Shown piece after piece: positions 1 through 13,244 of a stretch of 64,000 bases of DNA. Source of the DNA: Auanema rhodensis (Eukaryota; Animalia; Nematoda); the NCBI GenBank assembly GCA_964057225.1, contig OZ059897.1, positions 9,238,001 to 9,302,000 on the forward strand, written 5' to 3'. Below the pieces are notes generated by a model. It was not told the origin of the DNA. It worked only from the letters and a program-made list of their open reading frames with translations, and made no database searches. The translations under genes were made by a program, and so were the position numbers. Each line of letters opens with the position of its first letter. Within the stretch, counting starts at the first letter, position 1.

Positions 1-23
1 ACACCTTAAAATACGTGTTACAG

Positions 24-209
24 GTTTTGCCCCACCACATGACATCATGGTCAAAATTAGAGAAAGTTATTTGAAAAGAGTTAGTTACACTACAATAAAA
101 AACATTTATCGTGACACTGAATTATCTCAAATGATTTCAGAAGAGAGTTCATGGACTATCAAGAAGAAAGCAAGCTGGTGATGATGATTTTGTTGCCAAG
201 CAGCTATAG
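24..209 (+). CDS. 3' end (last two exons) of an unidentified gene entering from upstream of the window
   Basis: ttacag|exon 24-79|gttagt...tttcag|exon 141-209 joins in frame to ...FAPPHDIMVKIRESYLKRKRVHGLSRRKQAGDDDFVAKQL*. Family not recognised. Confidence 0.6.
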
Positions 210-1216
210 ATCTGAGATACATTATCTAAACTATACATATAATCAATTGACTGAATTTAACCTTTGTCGGTTTCATTCTCCATACACATTGTCAGGTTTT
301 TATGCTTTTTTTGCTCTCTCTTTTCCGTATTTCGCATCGTTTGTAATCACTTCAACCTTTTTTTTTCTTTCAAAATTTGTCATCCTCAATGATTCTTCGA
401 AAGCTAGCATGATTCAATAGACACACTAGATCTTCAAATACATTATCTTCAATATTATTCCGTCAGAAACATAAAACGTTTGACAAATTTGTGCACTTTT
501 CTGCTTTTTATATACATGTATGTATGTATCTTCAACTTTTCTCGATGATTCTTTTTGCTAACATTCAGACCGTTTCTAGAAAAACTTGTTTTAAATATTC
601 GTTTGACTTTCATAAAAAAATTTATTTTCCATTTTCCTGTTTGTTTTGGCTATTTGTCAACTTGGTCAATGTACAGTTGAATCCTATTGAATTATAACCT
701 GATTATCTAACATGTCTCTTTTCTTTTTTATTTTTTTCTGAGCATAAAAATCAAAGGGAATACCTAGAAAAAAAGAAAGAAAAAGCAAATGCGTCAAAGA
801 CAAGAGCTTATACGTTCACGTCAAATGAAATCACAATTATCAATAAACAACTTGAATAATACCATAGTAAATAGTAGTAAATCGCTTTATTTTATTCATA
901 ATATTTAATTTATTTTCATTATTAAACTGTAATAAATAAATCTTTTTTTTAATAATAATTGGATAATCATATTTTATAATTATAAAAAAACTTCTGACGA
1001 TGACGTCATTATATAGAGCAACCTGAAAAGTAAAAAAACGAGCGCAAAGTTGTCCTAAGCTGGACGAGGCAGCTCAAAAGTTCGATTTTGCTCTCTTCTA
1101 GTCTTCATTGGCTTCAGTCGTCACTAGAGGTCATTGTAACGGCTCAACGAGCGTCACAGTATGCTCAATGACCGGTCTTCAACTGACCATAATACAAGGA
1201 GCAGTATGTTAGCAGA

Positions 1217-1224
1217 TATATAAA
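1217..1224 (+). promoter_or_regulatory. TATA box of Cys-rich gene 1
   Basis: TATATAAA about 60 nt upstream of ATG 1282, with no strong trans-splice acceptor in between. A perfect TGACGTCA palindrome lies at 1001-1008. Confidence 0.6.
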
Positions 1225-1281
1225 GGAAAATGAGGTATCTTGTCGTGTTGTGTGGTCAATTTTTCCCTTTTTCGTCTCAAC

Positions 1282-3288
1282 ATGATTCGAATAATCTTGC
1301 CTATTTCCTTCCTGTTTTTACATACATACGTAGCGTTAGCTGATGCTGAGATAGGAATCAAGGTAAATATCTTTTGCTCAATTTCAGAGATTTATCAGCT
1401 GTAACATGTGCTCAACTCGTCAATAAGTATTCGTATTTTAGAATTCTACAATAGCTCATACTCGTACAAAACGACAATGTTGTAATGCATTTCAAACGTC
1501 TTGCTGTCCAGCCCGACCACCTGTAAGTTTCTGAATATAGAATCTAACAGTTAATGATATATCCTAAAGCCATGTCTTCCAACATGTATTCAACAATGCC
1601 AATCAACATGTACTGTTATGCCTTGTAGAAGTAACTGTATGAATAGTTGCCGAATGCAATGTGGTTTCAATACTCAGGTAATATTATATTCTCATTTAAT
1701 TGATTCTGATGTTTTTGAGTATGAGGAAGTATATTCAGGTAATGCCAACATGTAATCAATGCCAAAATAACTGCATGCAAACATGCAGGACACAAATATG
1801 CTTTAGCACTTGTCAGCAGAACAATTGTGGAAATATATGCCGATCGGTAAATTTTCTAAGCAATAACATCCGCAAATACTGTTGAATATACTTCAGAACC
1901 CAACATCTTGCTCTCCCAATTGTGTCAACCAATGTCAATCCCGATGTGCAACTCCGATTTGTACTCAAGGCACGTCTAAGTTTTATAAAGTTCGAAGATG
2001 GCGAATACAATATATAAAAAGAAAAACATTGAAAATTGGAAAACATTTTTGATTTTATATCCTCCCTAGTTCATGCTTCGAAGATTAACGACTAGCTGAT
2101 AATTTAAATAGAAAGTTAGAATCCAACGTAATTCATTGTGAAGTAGTGTAGACGTGTGAAGCGGTTGTACACATAACAATGTTTGCGAACATTTAGGTTT
2201 TTTTTGAGTAGTCAAAGAGGAAAAAACCTTCAAATGAGTGACCTCTTCTTCTTCTTTTTCTCCTTCTGATTCTAAAAATAATTTTTTCTCTCTCGTATAG
2301 CTTGTACAACATCGTGCGGATGCTCACCTCCACCAACACCTCCAACCGTCATCATCGTACCAACTCAAGCTCCACCAGCTTGTATTCCAGAATGTAGGCA
2401 ACAATGTATGAATATTTGCACAACTGTACCATGTATACAAGTAAGATTTCGATTTGTTTTGATTTTCTTACTAAACTGTTCTTTCCTTTAAAGACATGCC
2501 AGAATAACTGTGCAAACACATGTGGAAATGGATGTGGCTCATCTGGATGCACAATGAGAGCCACTCCAATGGTAAAGCATTTATCTTCAACTACAAAGAT
2601 GTACCAAAAACATTAATAAGCATTGAAACAACCACGAAAGATGCACCGTGTACATACAAACTTTCATCTCATTTTGTTTTAAATTTTAGGTTCAATGCCG
2701 TACGTGCCAGAATAACTGTTACTCAACCTGTACTCAACCATATCAAGTCTGTCAAGCAAAATGCGCTAACACATGTTCGAACGCATGCCAGCAGGTGGCA
2801 GTAAGTTTCAATTCTGTTTTTTTTATTAAAACTTTCAATTCAAGATAGGAAATTAGATTAAGTTTGTTTTTCAATATATAACAATAATAACATTTTATTC
2901 AAAAAAATATGAAAAGTTCAAACTTCAACTGTTAAATAGCAATCTAGACACTAACTTGTTCTCCGAAATTTTCTAAACTTCCTTAGTTTTAAAACATTTA
3001 CATACATTATCTATCCCTACTAACAACTTGCACAGCTATCAGCTGAGATGATGGACGACATGTATTACGATAATCATCAAGCGAATCTTCCAGACTACAA
3101 CGATTATGTCGGGTCGGTCGAAGACAAACTTATTTTCCAGCACTTTAGCATAAATGAAACTTAGCTTGATCGACAACCTCATACATCATACTTTTTTCTT
3201 TCAGATACCATGCCAATATGGGCCGTCCGGCGGGTGCATATGCATTCCAGGATATGCGGTTTGCGGCAATCAATGCTGCCCGTTCTAG
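1282..3288 (+). CDS. Secreted CX3C-repeat protein, ABU/PQN-like (gene 1, about 290 aa, 9 exons)
   Basis: Signal peptide MIRIILPISFLFLHTYVALA, furin site RTKR|QCC, repeats such as CLPTCIQQCQSTC and CNQCQNNCMQTC, C-terminus IPCQYGPSGGCICIPGYAVCGNQCCPF*. Exons join in frame if intron 1970-2300 uses a GC donor. Confidence 0.9.
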
Positions 3289-6200
3289 CCACAATCTTCA
3301 TGTGATTCAGTCAATTATTGTTATTTTATTAATATTTGTTTTGTAAGTAGAAATACTAGACGATAGCTATTGTATTCAACACATTCCAAGCAGCCTAGTA
3401 TCTCTAACAACTACAAACAAAGCAATATAGTAAATTCTTCATTTAAATTATTGTCAAGTGAGGGTTAAATAAACCATTTAATTTGAAAAAGAAATATATT
3501 TCTTTTTGCGTTGATAATATATCTTTGTGCTTCTTGTCAAGAGTTCAATTAAAGAAAAACAGATAAGATGGCAAACGGAAGAGTGAGAGGGTCAGCCGAC
3601 TTGCAGCTGATGGTAAAGTATAGCAGAGGAAAAATGAAAATTAAGGAAGAAAACCGATAAGAAAACGGTTGTTCATGATTTTGAACAACCAACAATGATT
3701 TTTTCTTCTTTTTTTTTAGTATTTTATATATTCTTATCATTTCTGTATATAAAATATTTTGACTTCGCCCCCCTTCAATAATTGCAAAAAAAAAGTTCAC
3801 ATCATGAGTATCATCTAATGTTCTTTTTCAAATTTTATTTTGTTAGCAAAGCTTCTAGGATTACAAACCTTTTTTCATCTCAATTTGTCTTATTTCATCT
3901 AATTAAATTATTTTTTATTTAAATGAATAATTTATTTTTCTTTTCATCATCTAAAATATGATCAAATAAGGTCGAAATAAGAATTTTAATGTAGTTTAAA
4001 ATGTTTTCTTCTCCAAATTCAGAATATATTTCACAAAAAGAAGATACATCTATGTATTTCTATAAATATGTACTTGTATTTATTTAAAATTCTCTAAAGC
4101 AACATCTTTAATTCAATTAAAATAGAACTTTCTAGATTTTCTATATATTTATGATAATCTAGATTGCAAATCTGGAATTCTTAGTCTGTTATTCATGTAC
4201 TACCAGTTTCCGTGAACGGAAGTTTCGATGATCTATCTTCACAGAAGTACTCTTCTCATTCTTGAATAGCTTCTTCTTTTACCCCTATTCATTTTCTCGT
4301 CTGATGGTTCTAGTATGAAACAACTTCCATCAAGCAATCTGTCCTTTCACTAGATTCAATATGAAAAATCACCACAAAGTACTATACGCGCTGAAAAATT
4401 CAATCTTTCCTCTCTGTAAACATCTCGTACTAATTGCGTCTCATTTTCTTAAGGAATTCAAATATAAACTCTTGATTATGTACAGTCCAGACGTTAATCT
4501 CCTTATTTTTCTGTATTTTATATTCTTATTGCCTTATATTATTAATATTATTATTATTCAATTTTATAAATGTATTTATACATAACTCTTAAGCACAATA
4601 AAGAAAATAATCAAAGTCCATTTTGTTGATGATCATCTTGGTGGCACTTATTCTATTTTTCTCATTCGTCCTCTTAACTTTATTTTATTTTATTTTTCAA
4701 TTAATTTCTTCCTCTTTTACTTTTGTTCTTTATTTTAAGTATCAAATCAAATGATTCAAGAAATGTTTTATGAAAAATCTTTCTATTTTGTACCTCATTT
4801 ACTGATTAATTCCTTGCTTGGTGCTTTTCCTGGAATGAGATATATTGAGTGTTATATGCATGTGCATGTGTGTACATCTCATAATCTGCCAATATAATTG
4901 AGATAAAACAAAATATTTTTTTTCTTTTTTTTTCCCTCGGATTATACAGGCTTTCACTATTTTTTTGAACTTTTTGTCTACAAATTTAAATACTGAAGAA
5001 ATAGAGGAAGAGGTGAGAGTGTGTGAGAGAATATCATGTAAAGAACAGTTTTTTTTCTTTTCATTTTTCTGCAATTCTCATAACATGGATCGGATGAGAG
5101 AAGTTATTTGATTTTTTTCTTTTTTTTTTTTTAATCTACCTTCAGCGGAATAAACAATCTAAAATACAACAATAGAGTTATAATTCTAATTTGATTTGAT
5201 AGGAATTCTTTTCGAACGAATGATATATTGAGTTTTGAAAAGAAAAAGCAAAAGAAAATTCACTTTTGAGCTGAGTAATCTGCAATACAAGACGAATAAC
5301 GACATTTGATCATGAAAAACAACTTTTCTTTCATTGTGTTGTGTCTGTTACAAAACTGAGACAATATCTACGTAAGATATGACAGTTGTCCTATGCATAG
5401 ATCATGAGGTAAGAAGAGATTTTCAGTTATTCTGAAGTAGATGAAACAGTTGCTTCTGTGAGTGTGTGTATGCGTTCTAATCTATATATAAGTGTGTATG
5501 TATGCTAGCTTTAAGAATAAAAGCATTGGCAGCACATCAAGTGAGAAAACCGCAAGAAAAAAATGAAAAAATAGATTTTCATTATTGGTCTGTGAAGATC
5601 TTACGGTGATCGAGAAGATGCGAGCAGTCAAACACAACCGTTCTGCATAGGCAATCTCATAGAAATGACATAACACACGTGAAGCTCGCGGGGAAATTCA
5701 AATGAGAGAAAGCAAAAAACCGAAAAGAAAGAGAGAGAAGCGATAAAGAGAGAAATAAAGAAAGAGGGATAGGAAACGTTGAAGAAAATAATGAAAATCC
5801 AACAGATAGCAGATACTTTAGACAGGAACGCGGATGTCGAATTGAAGAAGAAAACTTTCCGAGTCAAACACATTATTCTTTTGCTCCCTCTTTCCTTTTT
5901 TTTCTTTTTCCCTCCCTATCTCTTCCTCTCTTACTTCCATCTTTCGTCTTCTTTTTGCTGATTTAATCAACGCTATTTTTATTTATTTTTTTTTGCTTTT
6001 GCTGTTTTAGGAGAGGTTTTGAAGACAAATTGTTTTCTTCTATCAGTACTTGAACCGAAAGTTAAATTTGTGCCGAGCTTTAAGCATAGTGGAAGAAAAA
6101 TAGTTTAGTTTTTTCAGTTTTGCGTCTGAACATCAAAAGTTAATTGCATTTCTCGTGTCATTTTAAAATATTTGAACTTTTATTTTATTGTTATTCACAG

Positions 6201-7831
6201 AACAAAATTTGTGTTTATTCATGGTAATGTATATGAAATACTATTCTAAGTTCATATAATATTTAGTTGATGAAACATAAATATTAAGATTTGTTGTGTT
6301 GATCATTTCAAATTTTCTCGTTTACACATTTCTTTTTAAAAATGATATAAGGATATTGTTCCTGATGTTTTGAATTTCATTCTCTCAACTACTATTTCAG
6401 ATGGCCAAATATTTTTGTTTCTTTTTTTTTCTCTTTTTTTTATATTCTGGATTCCGGTTTATGAAAATCATGAGAGACTTTGCTCTTTAATCAAAATTCG
6501 GCTTATGTATCAACAATATGTTACTTTGACCTGCTTTGATGTTTCATCTGCTTGCAGTACCCTTCCATAGCTCTCAAACTTCATATCCAATCTTCGGCTC
6601 AGAATAGATGTCGTAAGTATTAATCTTCTTGATCTTATTATATTTCATGTTTAGATGAATATATGTATATATATATATATATATCAATTTCAAATCATTT
6701 CTGATAAATCAAGTTAATTAATATGCAAAATATATTTCTTAATTATGATTATAAAATCATTTAAACTTGAAAAAGTTCAGTTAGCAGATGTTTCACTCTC
6801 TTCATTAAACTCGTGCAATTATCTTGCTATTGAGAGCTAGTTAGATAGCTAACACACATACACACTCATCACATACATACATACGTCGTCAGTTTCTGTG
6901 TCATCGTTATCATTCATTCATATCATCAACATCATCGTCATTTCCTATCATCAGCCTTTTTTTCAATTTTCTATTTGATTTTTTGAACTGTTAACTCATT
7001 TAATGAAGAGAAGAAACTAAAATGAATTTTCACTGACATTATAGTCAAATATCACGTTTATCATTTAATTTTTCAATTATTTTCATATAATTTTGTTTGT
7101 AATTATTGTATATCTATTCATGTTCATATATATACAACATGATATGTTTGTTCTGATGTGCTTGCTTCTGCTATCTTTCTCCATTTGCATCAATCTCTCA
7201 GTTTTAGTTGCAAATCCAGATCATATTATCTGTATTCATTCTTAATTTACTTACAATCGCCTAAGTCTTTCTGACAATTTTTCTAACACTTTAAGCTCAA
7301 ACAAATACATTTTTCTTCTATCATTGCCAATCTCATAAAGGTATCTGAAAAAGAAGGAAGGGGTGGGAAGAATAACGACAGCATCATATGCACAGATGTT
7401 TTATATGCGGAAACAATACTCAACACACTTTTCCGTCTATTTTTCCGCTTCCATGCAAATTTTCTCCGGTTAAACTTTAGCAATGAGCAAAGATCTTAGC
7501 TCCAATTTGTGACTTCTCCATGTTTTTTGGTTTCAGTTCCTCCCTCTCCTCCTCCGCACGCTCGACAGGAAAGAAGCATAAACTAATTTTTCAGATAGAG
7601 CTAATCTGGCTGACCTCACAACAACTCTATTCAACTTCGTTCCAGCATAATTTCCTCTTAACGTTTTTGTTTTAAATCAAAAGAAAGAAGAAGTTGTCAT
7701 ATCGAGAAAGCAACTTTTTTTTGTTTTTTCCATGTATTATCTCGAGTATCAATCACAACATCAACATGTTGAATACAAACATGCATAGTATGTGTATATA
7801 CATACATATTAGGGATACATATTCTTTTACT

Positions 7832-7834
<3 letters not shown>

Positions 7835-7869
<35 letters not shown>
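7835..7869. repeat. (TA)n microsatellite, about 17 units
   Basis: Directly visible. Confidence 0.95.
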
Positions 7870-7871
<2 letters not shown>

Positions 7872-8456
7872 TTTCTCTTAACAAAATCTAAAAATATATT
7901 TCTAAAAGATATTTATAATCAAACGACCTTTCCCACACTATATTATCCTATTTTACAAAGTTTTATTAATTGCCTTTGCCAAACTGAAACTCCCCAGTCT
8001 TTGATGATGGCGTTGATGATGTCATATTGATGTTTTCCCAGTTTACACGCAACAATTGTAGAAATCTTTCCTTTTTTTTTGAGAATAGAACAATGACGAC
8101 CCCAAAATAGCCATAAGCTGTAAACCAGAAATCAATTTATTTATTTTTTGTGTACTTTGATCTCATATGGAACTACATCCTTATATATTTATATTAATAT
8201 ATAACCTTTTTGTATTGTGAATTTTAAAACTTTGAAGTATGATCATCAAATTTTTTTTTGAAATTTCAACAAAAGACAGTTACAGTTACAATATTTTCAA
8301 TAGAAGAAGCTGAATAATAAATATTTACGCGAATAATATTTGTTTTCAAAGTATTGTAAGATTTATCCTGATGTCAACGATTTTCAGTTTGATTGACGTG
8401 AACACATCATCTGATGAAATCATTCACATCTCTGTCCTTTAAACGATCTGACGTTG

Positions 8457-8457
<1 letters not shown>

Positions 8458-8492
<35 letters not shown>
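8458..8492. repeat. (ATC)n microsatellite, about 11 units
   Basis: Directly visible. Confidence 0.95.
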
Positions 8493-11400
8493 AAGGAACA
8501 AATTATCTGTGTACAATATTCCGAATCTCTCTTTCTCTCGCTATCTTGTTCTTTCGTTCCTATGTACTACATACATGTGTGTAGCTGTTTTCAGTGATCA
8601 TCAATGTTTTAGCTTTTTACGTCATATTTATGGAATACATAATATGAATTTAACTTTCATATGCTAGAATATTACGTTGTATATCGTGCGGCTTCATCAA
8701 GATTTCAACGTTGTTATTTTAATTGCACTTTAGTACCTTCAGCAACTACCGTACGTGCCTGGTATACATATGTATCTATGTTTCATCTAGATAATACAAA
8801 ATTTGGTAGAATTATCAGAGGGCCTTCTCCTTCTTTCTCTCCTACGATTTCTCCATCTTTGGCTCTTTCTCGCCAATGTTGATAAAGAAAATCTGTGCGG
8901 TCTGTTTTTACTGTCTGGTGAGCTGCTCCCTGATAACATATTTTTGCATCTTCTTTAATTACATTTTATATCAACCTATATTCAAAGAAAATGAAAGCAG
9001 ATTGCTGATCATTCTTATCAGCTGGAGCACCAGCATTTTGCTAGACAATGAGACGGAAAATTTGACATTTTGCAACAGATATAACATGAACGAGTGACTA
9101 AACACATTCAGAAGAAGACAACTTCTTGCAACAATCAACAACAAGTAGTTGATTTAGCTCTCACCGGTTTTCTGGGAATTTGGGATGAATATCGGGAAAC
9201 AAGAGATCCGATAAACAATAAGAGTGCGTGAGCAAGACTTAAACGCAAAGAGGAATACCACTATCAAGATTGCAATTCGGCTGCCGAGATCGCGAAGGTG
9301 TGAATCTGTGAGCGACCGGATACGTCGATAAGCTTTGTTGAATATTTGTAGGAAAATATTGTGGTTGCAACTGCTGTTTATTACTTTAATTTTTGAATTA
9401 TCATACCGTTTGCACGGACGCAACAACACGTGTAATGTTTCACGTGTGCGCCACAATGCGTAAATTCACGACTTTCATTTGCTTTGACACCATAGCAACA
9501 CATTAAAATTAATTTTCTGCTGGGGTAGGTTGTTTTTTCTTTTATATTTTATTTATTATCACGCTCGTATGATTATTTTGAGGTTTAAATCTATCTATAT
9601 GTTTCGGGTATCTTGATTTTATTTCATTGTATTTGTCTCAAGTCTTCCGATCGTTCGTTGCGCAGCTGTTTCTAAAAATGCTGATATCTAGTCTTTTTAT
9701 CATTTCAGCTACTTAATAATTGAAATCGTGTAGATTAATATGTATGTAGTTTAATTTAATCATCTTTACAATTATTTCTATTGCAATGTGCCTCTTCGAT
9801 ATCCCGTGTGATCATTGCGAAACTCAATTTCATCATTTTATAATAACTTTCGAATGCCATTATGCGTTATAACATTGTTGTGCCAATTTATTTACTACTT
9901 ACTTATTCCACCTGAGTAAATATTGTTTTTTTAGTCAAAAGAGAGTAAAGTGAAAGACGTATTGAGAGAATAGGATGGCAAAAAAGTTCTCTTCTCTTGT
10001 ATTATGAGTAATGGATGAATGTAAAATACAATAAGACAGTACCAACGCTGCTGAAGAGAGAGAGGTACAAAGATATTGTTAGGAAAACAGACAATTGAGG
10101 GTGAAAGTAGAATCAAGAGAATACCAGTGCGCTGAATGAAGGCTTTACTATGTTTGTTTCTTGGCCCCATGCATTACACATCAACACACATGTGCGCTAG
10201 ACAAGTGTATCTATAGTTTGGAGAACAAGATAGAACAGTAGAAAAGCCATAAGGTACTCGGTGCATCGTGCACTCGAACGTTTTATTGCTTTGTTGTTTC
10301 TCCTTCGGATTTTTTTTAATCGTTTCTCTTTTCATGTATTAAATTGTTTTTTTGTACTTCTATAATCTTTCATTGTATTGGGCCCAACTTTGATCTTGTC
10401 ATATGGTTAGCTAGTCACGTCATCTTCAAGTCATTTGTGAGTTTTGATTCTTCGTTATTCATCTCATCATATACCATTTCTTCCATCTGGGTTTCACATT
10501 CTCTTGTTTTTATTCATCTAGCGACTTTTTCGTTGATTTCTTGATTTTTGATACCAACTGACCACATTGTATTTCATTTTTGTCATTTTTAGCCTAGTTT
10601 GATGTTTTAATTTTCTCGCAACATAACTATTAGCATCTTGTTACACCATTTTTTTCACATATTGTTGATGTTACTTATGAGACAAACTGGAAACATACAT
10701 AGAAAGAATGAATGAGCGAATCTCTGAACTGCAAATAAGGCATTGGCGTATTGCCAGCCCACGTGCAGGCGATAGAGAGCCGCGTGATACGGTTCGTCCC
10801 CGAAAAACGCATTCGGAAGAGTTCTTTCCAGCATATTCTTCTCATTCGGTCTTTGTACAACGTTACATACAGCTCTTATGCATGAACTAAAGTTTTTTCA
10901 GTTAAAAATGATTTCTTCAAATGAAACCTGCACTATCTACTACCCTTTCTGCGGCCAACAGTTCTTTTTAATATCATAAATGTTATTGTGGTATACTGAT
11001 ACTTTCCACCTAATGTTGTTGTTGCAATGACGTTGAAAGTTTCGGTTTACAGGGATCTGGATGGTCTCAGCTATTTTTACTCTACTTGTTCTACCATCTC
11101 CGCCCTTATGTTCGTTGGCGAGTTGATCATGTCTCTTCCTTGTTTTTCAACTTTGGAATACCACCACACTACATCCACATACTCAAACTTCAGACTTCGT
11201 TCCAAATTGACCTCGAACTTCGCTGCATTGCATCCAATCTCAGCATGTCATATCTATCGTCTTCATCATATTTTGCTTGGGCTTGTTTTTTCTCGCTGTC
11301 AACGCTCTCTGTGCCCGCAAGTGTAATCTTCTCTTAGTAGAAACCTGTTTCACAAGGTAAGTATTCTAGCATCTTCGTCTGCCAAGCTTCAGGTAACTTG

Positions 11401-13244
11401 ATAGTTATGCAATCTTTTGACATTTTCACAAACTACCTCACATTAATTTCATATATGTTGCTTATTTACAGAAGTGTGGGAGTCCGAAGTTCTGCGAATC
11501 TGTTGCCTTCGCGTCTGTTTGCTCCCTTTTCCTCTTTATTTCTAAGCGAAGGCAGTTTGAACGAACCTATCCAATATCTACCAAGTTCATCCGCACCAAA
11601 CCTAATATCCTCTCAGGTATCTAGTATCTCTCTTCGAGGTTTCATCCAACAGTTTATCTCTCTCGAAGCTTTTATATTCTCCGACATTTCGGTACTTCTA
11701 GTCTCACAGTTTAACTAACCTGCCGCTTTCTTTTCAGTAAGCATTAGCTCTTGAGATTCATTCTCTCATGTCGAGAATTCGCAGCGCAATTTCAAAGAAT
11801 TAGATGCATTTAGTAGCTGATTCTATTCTTGTTCATATGAAAGTCATAAAAACATTCTTTTTCCTATCTCGCTATCTGCTCTATATCATCTTTGTAGCCT
11901 TTGCTATCATCAACCATGTTGTGTATTTCCTTTATTGCTTTACGCGGAAATGGAAAGTTTGTATATGAATTAGCTTGTTTAGCACATCAAGCTATTCTTG
12001 TCCTATCTTCCATCATATGTTTACATTATTTCCTAGTTAGTTTGTCGCTATCCCGACTGACCATCAGTAATTTCTCGGAAATAACAGTAACATTATGTAT
12101 TTTCCTCTCAACTTTTAACAAACTTTTGAGATCTCATTCCACGAAAGTTTGCAATATTTCTAGTGCCTGAGGGCTTCTTGCGTGCTTCCCATCTGTCTCA
12201 TATTCTCATTTACCAGTTTTTAAGTTTTTTTTGCATTGTGGTAGTCAGTTGTCTCGTGAAGAGAACTAATGTCCAAGAATATCTCTACCTAATTGATTTA
12301 TCAGAGGTCTACCTTTTTGTTTTTACCGAATCTTATGCTTGCTCATTCGATTCTCTCGACGTCGGAAGATTTCAGTTCTATTGAATAGATCGCTCACTCT
12401 TTTCCGTGTAGTAGTGTGTCGTCATTTCTCGGCACGAATGAGGACTTGGTTTTTCATTGCCTATTATATATTCTCGTTTTTCTTTTTTTCTCAGATTTTT
12501 GCCTACCACCAGTTCTTATCGTCTTTCTATTTTATACAGAGTACTGACAATAGTTAATATTTGTTGGGCACTCCTCTCAATTCATTGATAAATAGTACCC
12601 ATCATCACTTAGCAGCGGTGTTCCTTTGTCCGTTGCTATCGTTCGCTTTCTACCATTTTAACACAATTTTCGTTTTTTTTTACATCTCATCAACTGTTCT
12701 TCCAAATTGCCTTCTCTTACAATATAACCCTTTTCCATATGTGACCTTGTGTTGTTGCTGCAAGTACAGCATCGTAATTTGGCACATTATAAATTGGCTT
12801 TTTGGTATTTTTTGTCCTTAAAATATGTTCTTCGTTCTTACCTCATTGAGGTACATTTCGACGTTATCATCATTATCAGATGAATGCACTCCATTCATCT
12901 TTCCTGATTACAATGGCCACTTGATCTTCTATCGTTACAGTAGGGCAGTGTTGTCGTACCGCTCGTATTCCCATTTAAGGGCTTGCCCTCTTCGCCTCTC
13001 CCATTAATTTCTTTTTTTTATAATTCTGTATATTATACATTAAAGTTTTGCAAAAGATGCTATACTTGCTGAATCATGAATTTGTTTCCAGGAATTGATA
13101 AGGTGCATCAATGTTTTAATACATTTCTTTTTTGTATGTGTATCGTTTCCTTTTTCACTTTTCGTCAAGCTCGACTTCTGTTATACCTGTTCATGTATCA
13201 ATTTGAATCGAATGTCTAAGCTATTTTATTGTAGATTACTAAAT

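Noticed and set aside
5405-5426. let-7-like seed TGAGGTA
   Set aside because: No match beyond the seed and no hairpin. Better explained as ATGAG|gtaag, a splice donor.
9951-9972. mir-71-like start TGAAAGAC
   Set aside because: It diverges after 8 nt and has no complementary arm.
11027-11337. Overlapping 99-aa and 83-aa ORFs as a protein-coding gene
   Set aside because: No recognisable motif, and all frames stop before the donor at 11357. Kept only as a possible non-coding exon.
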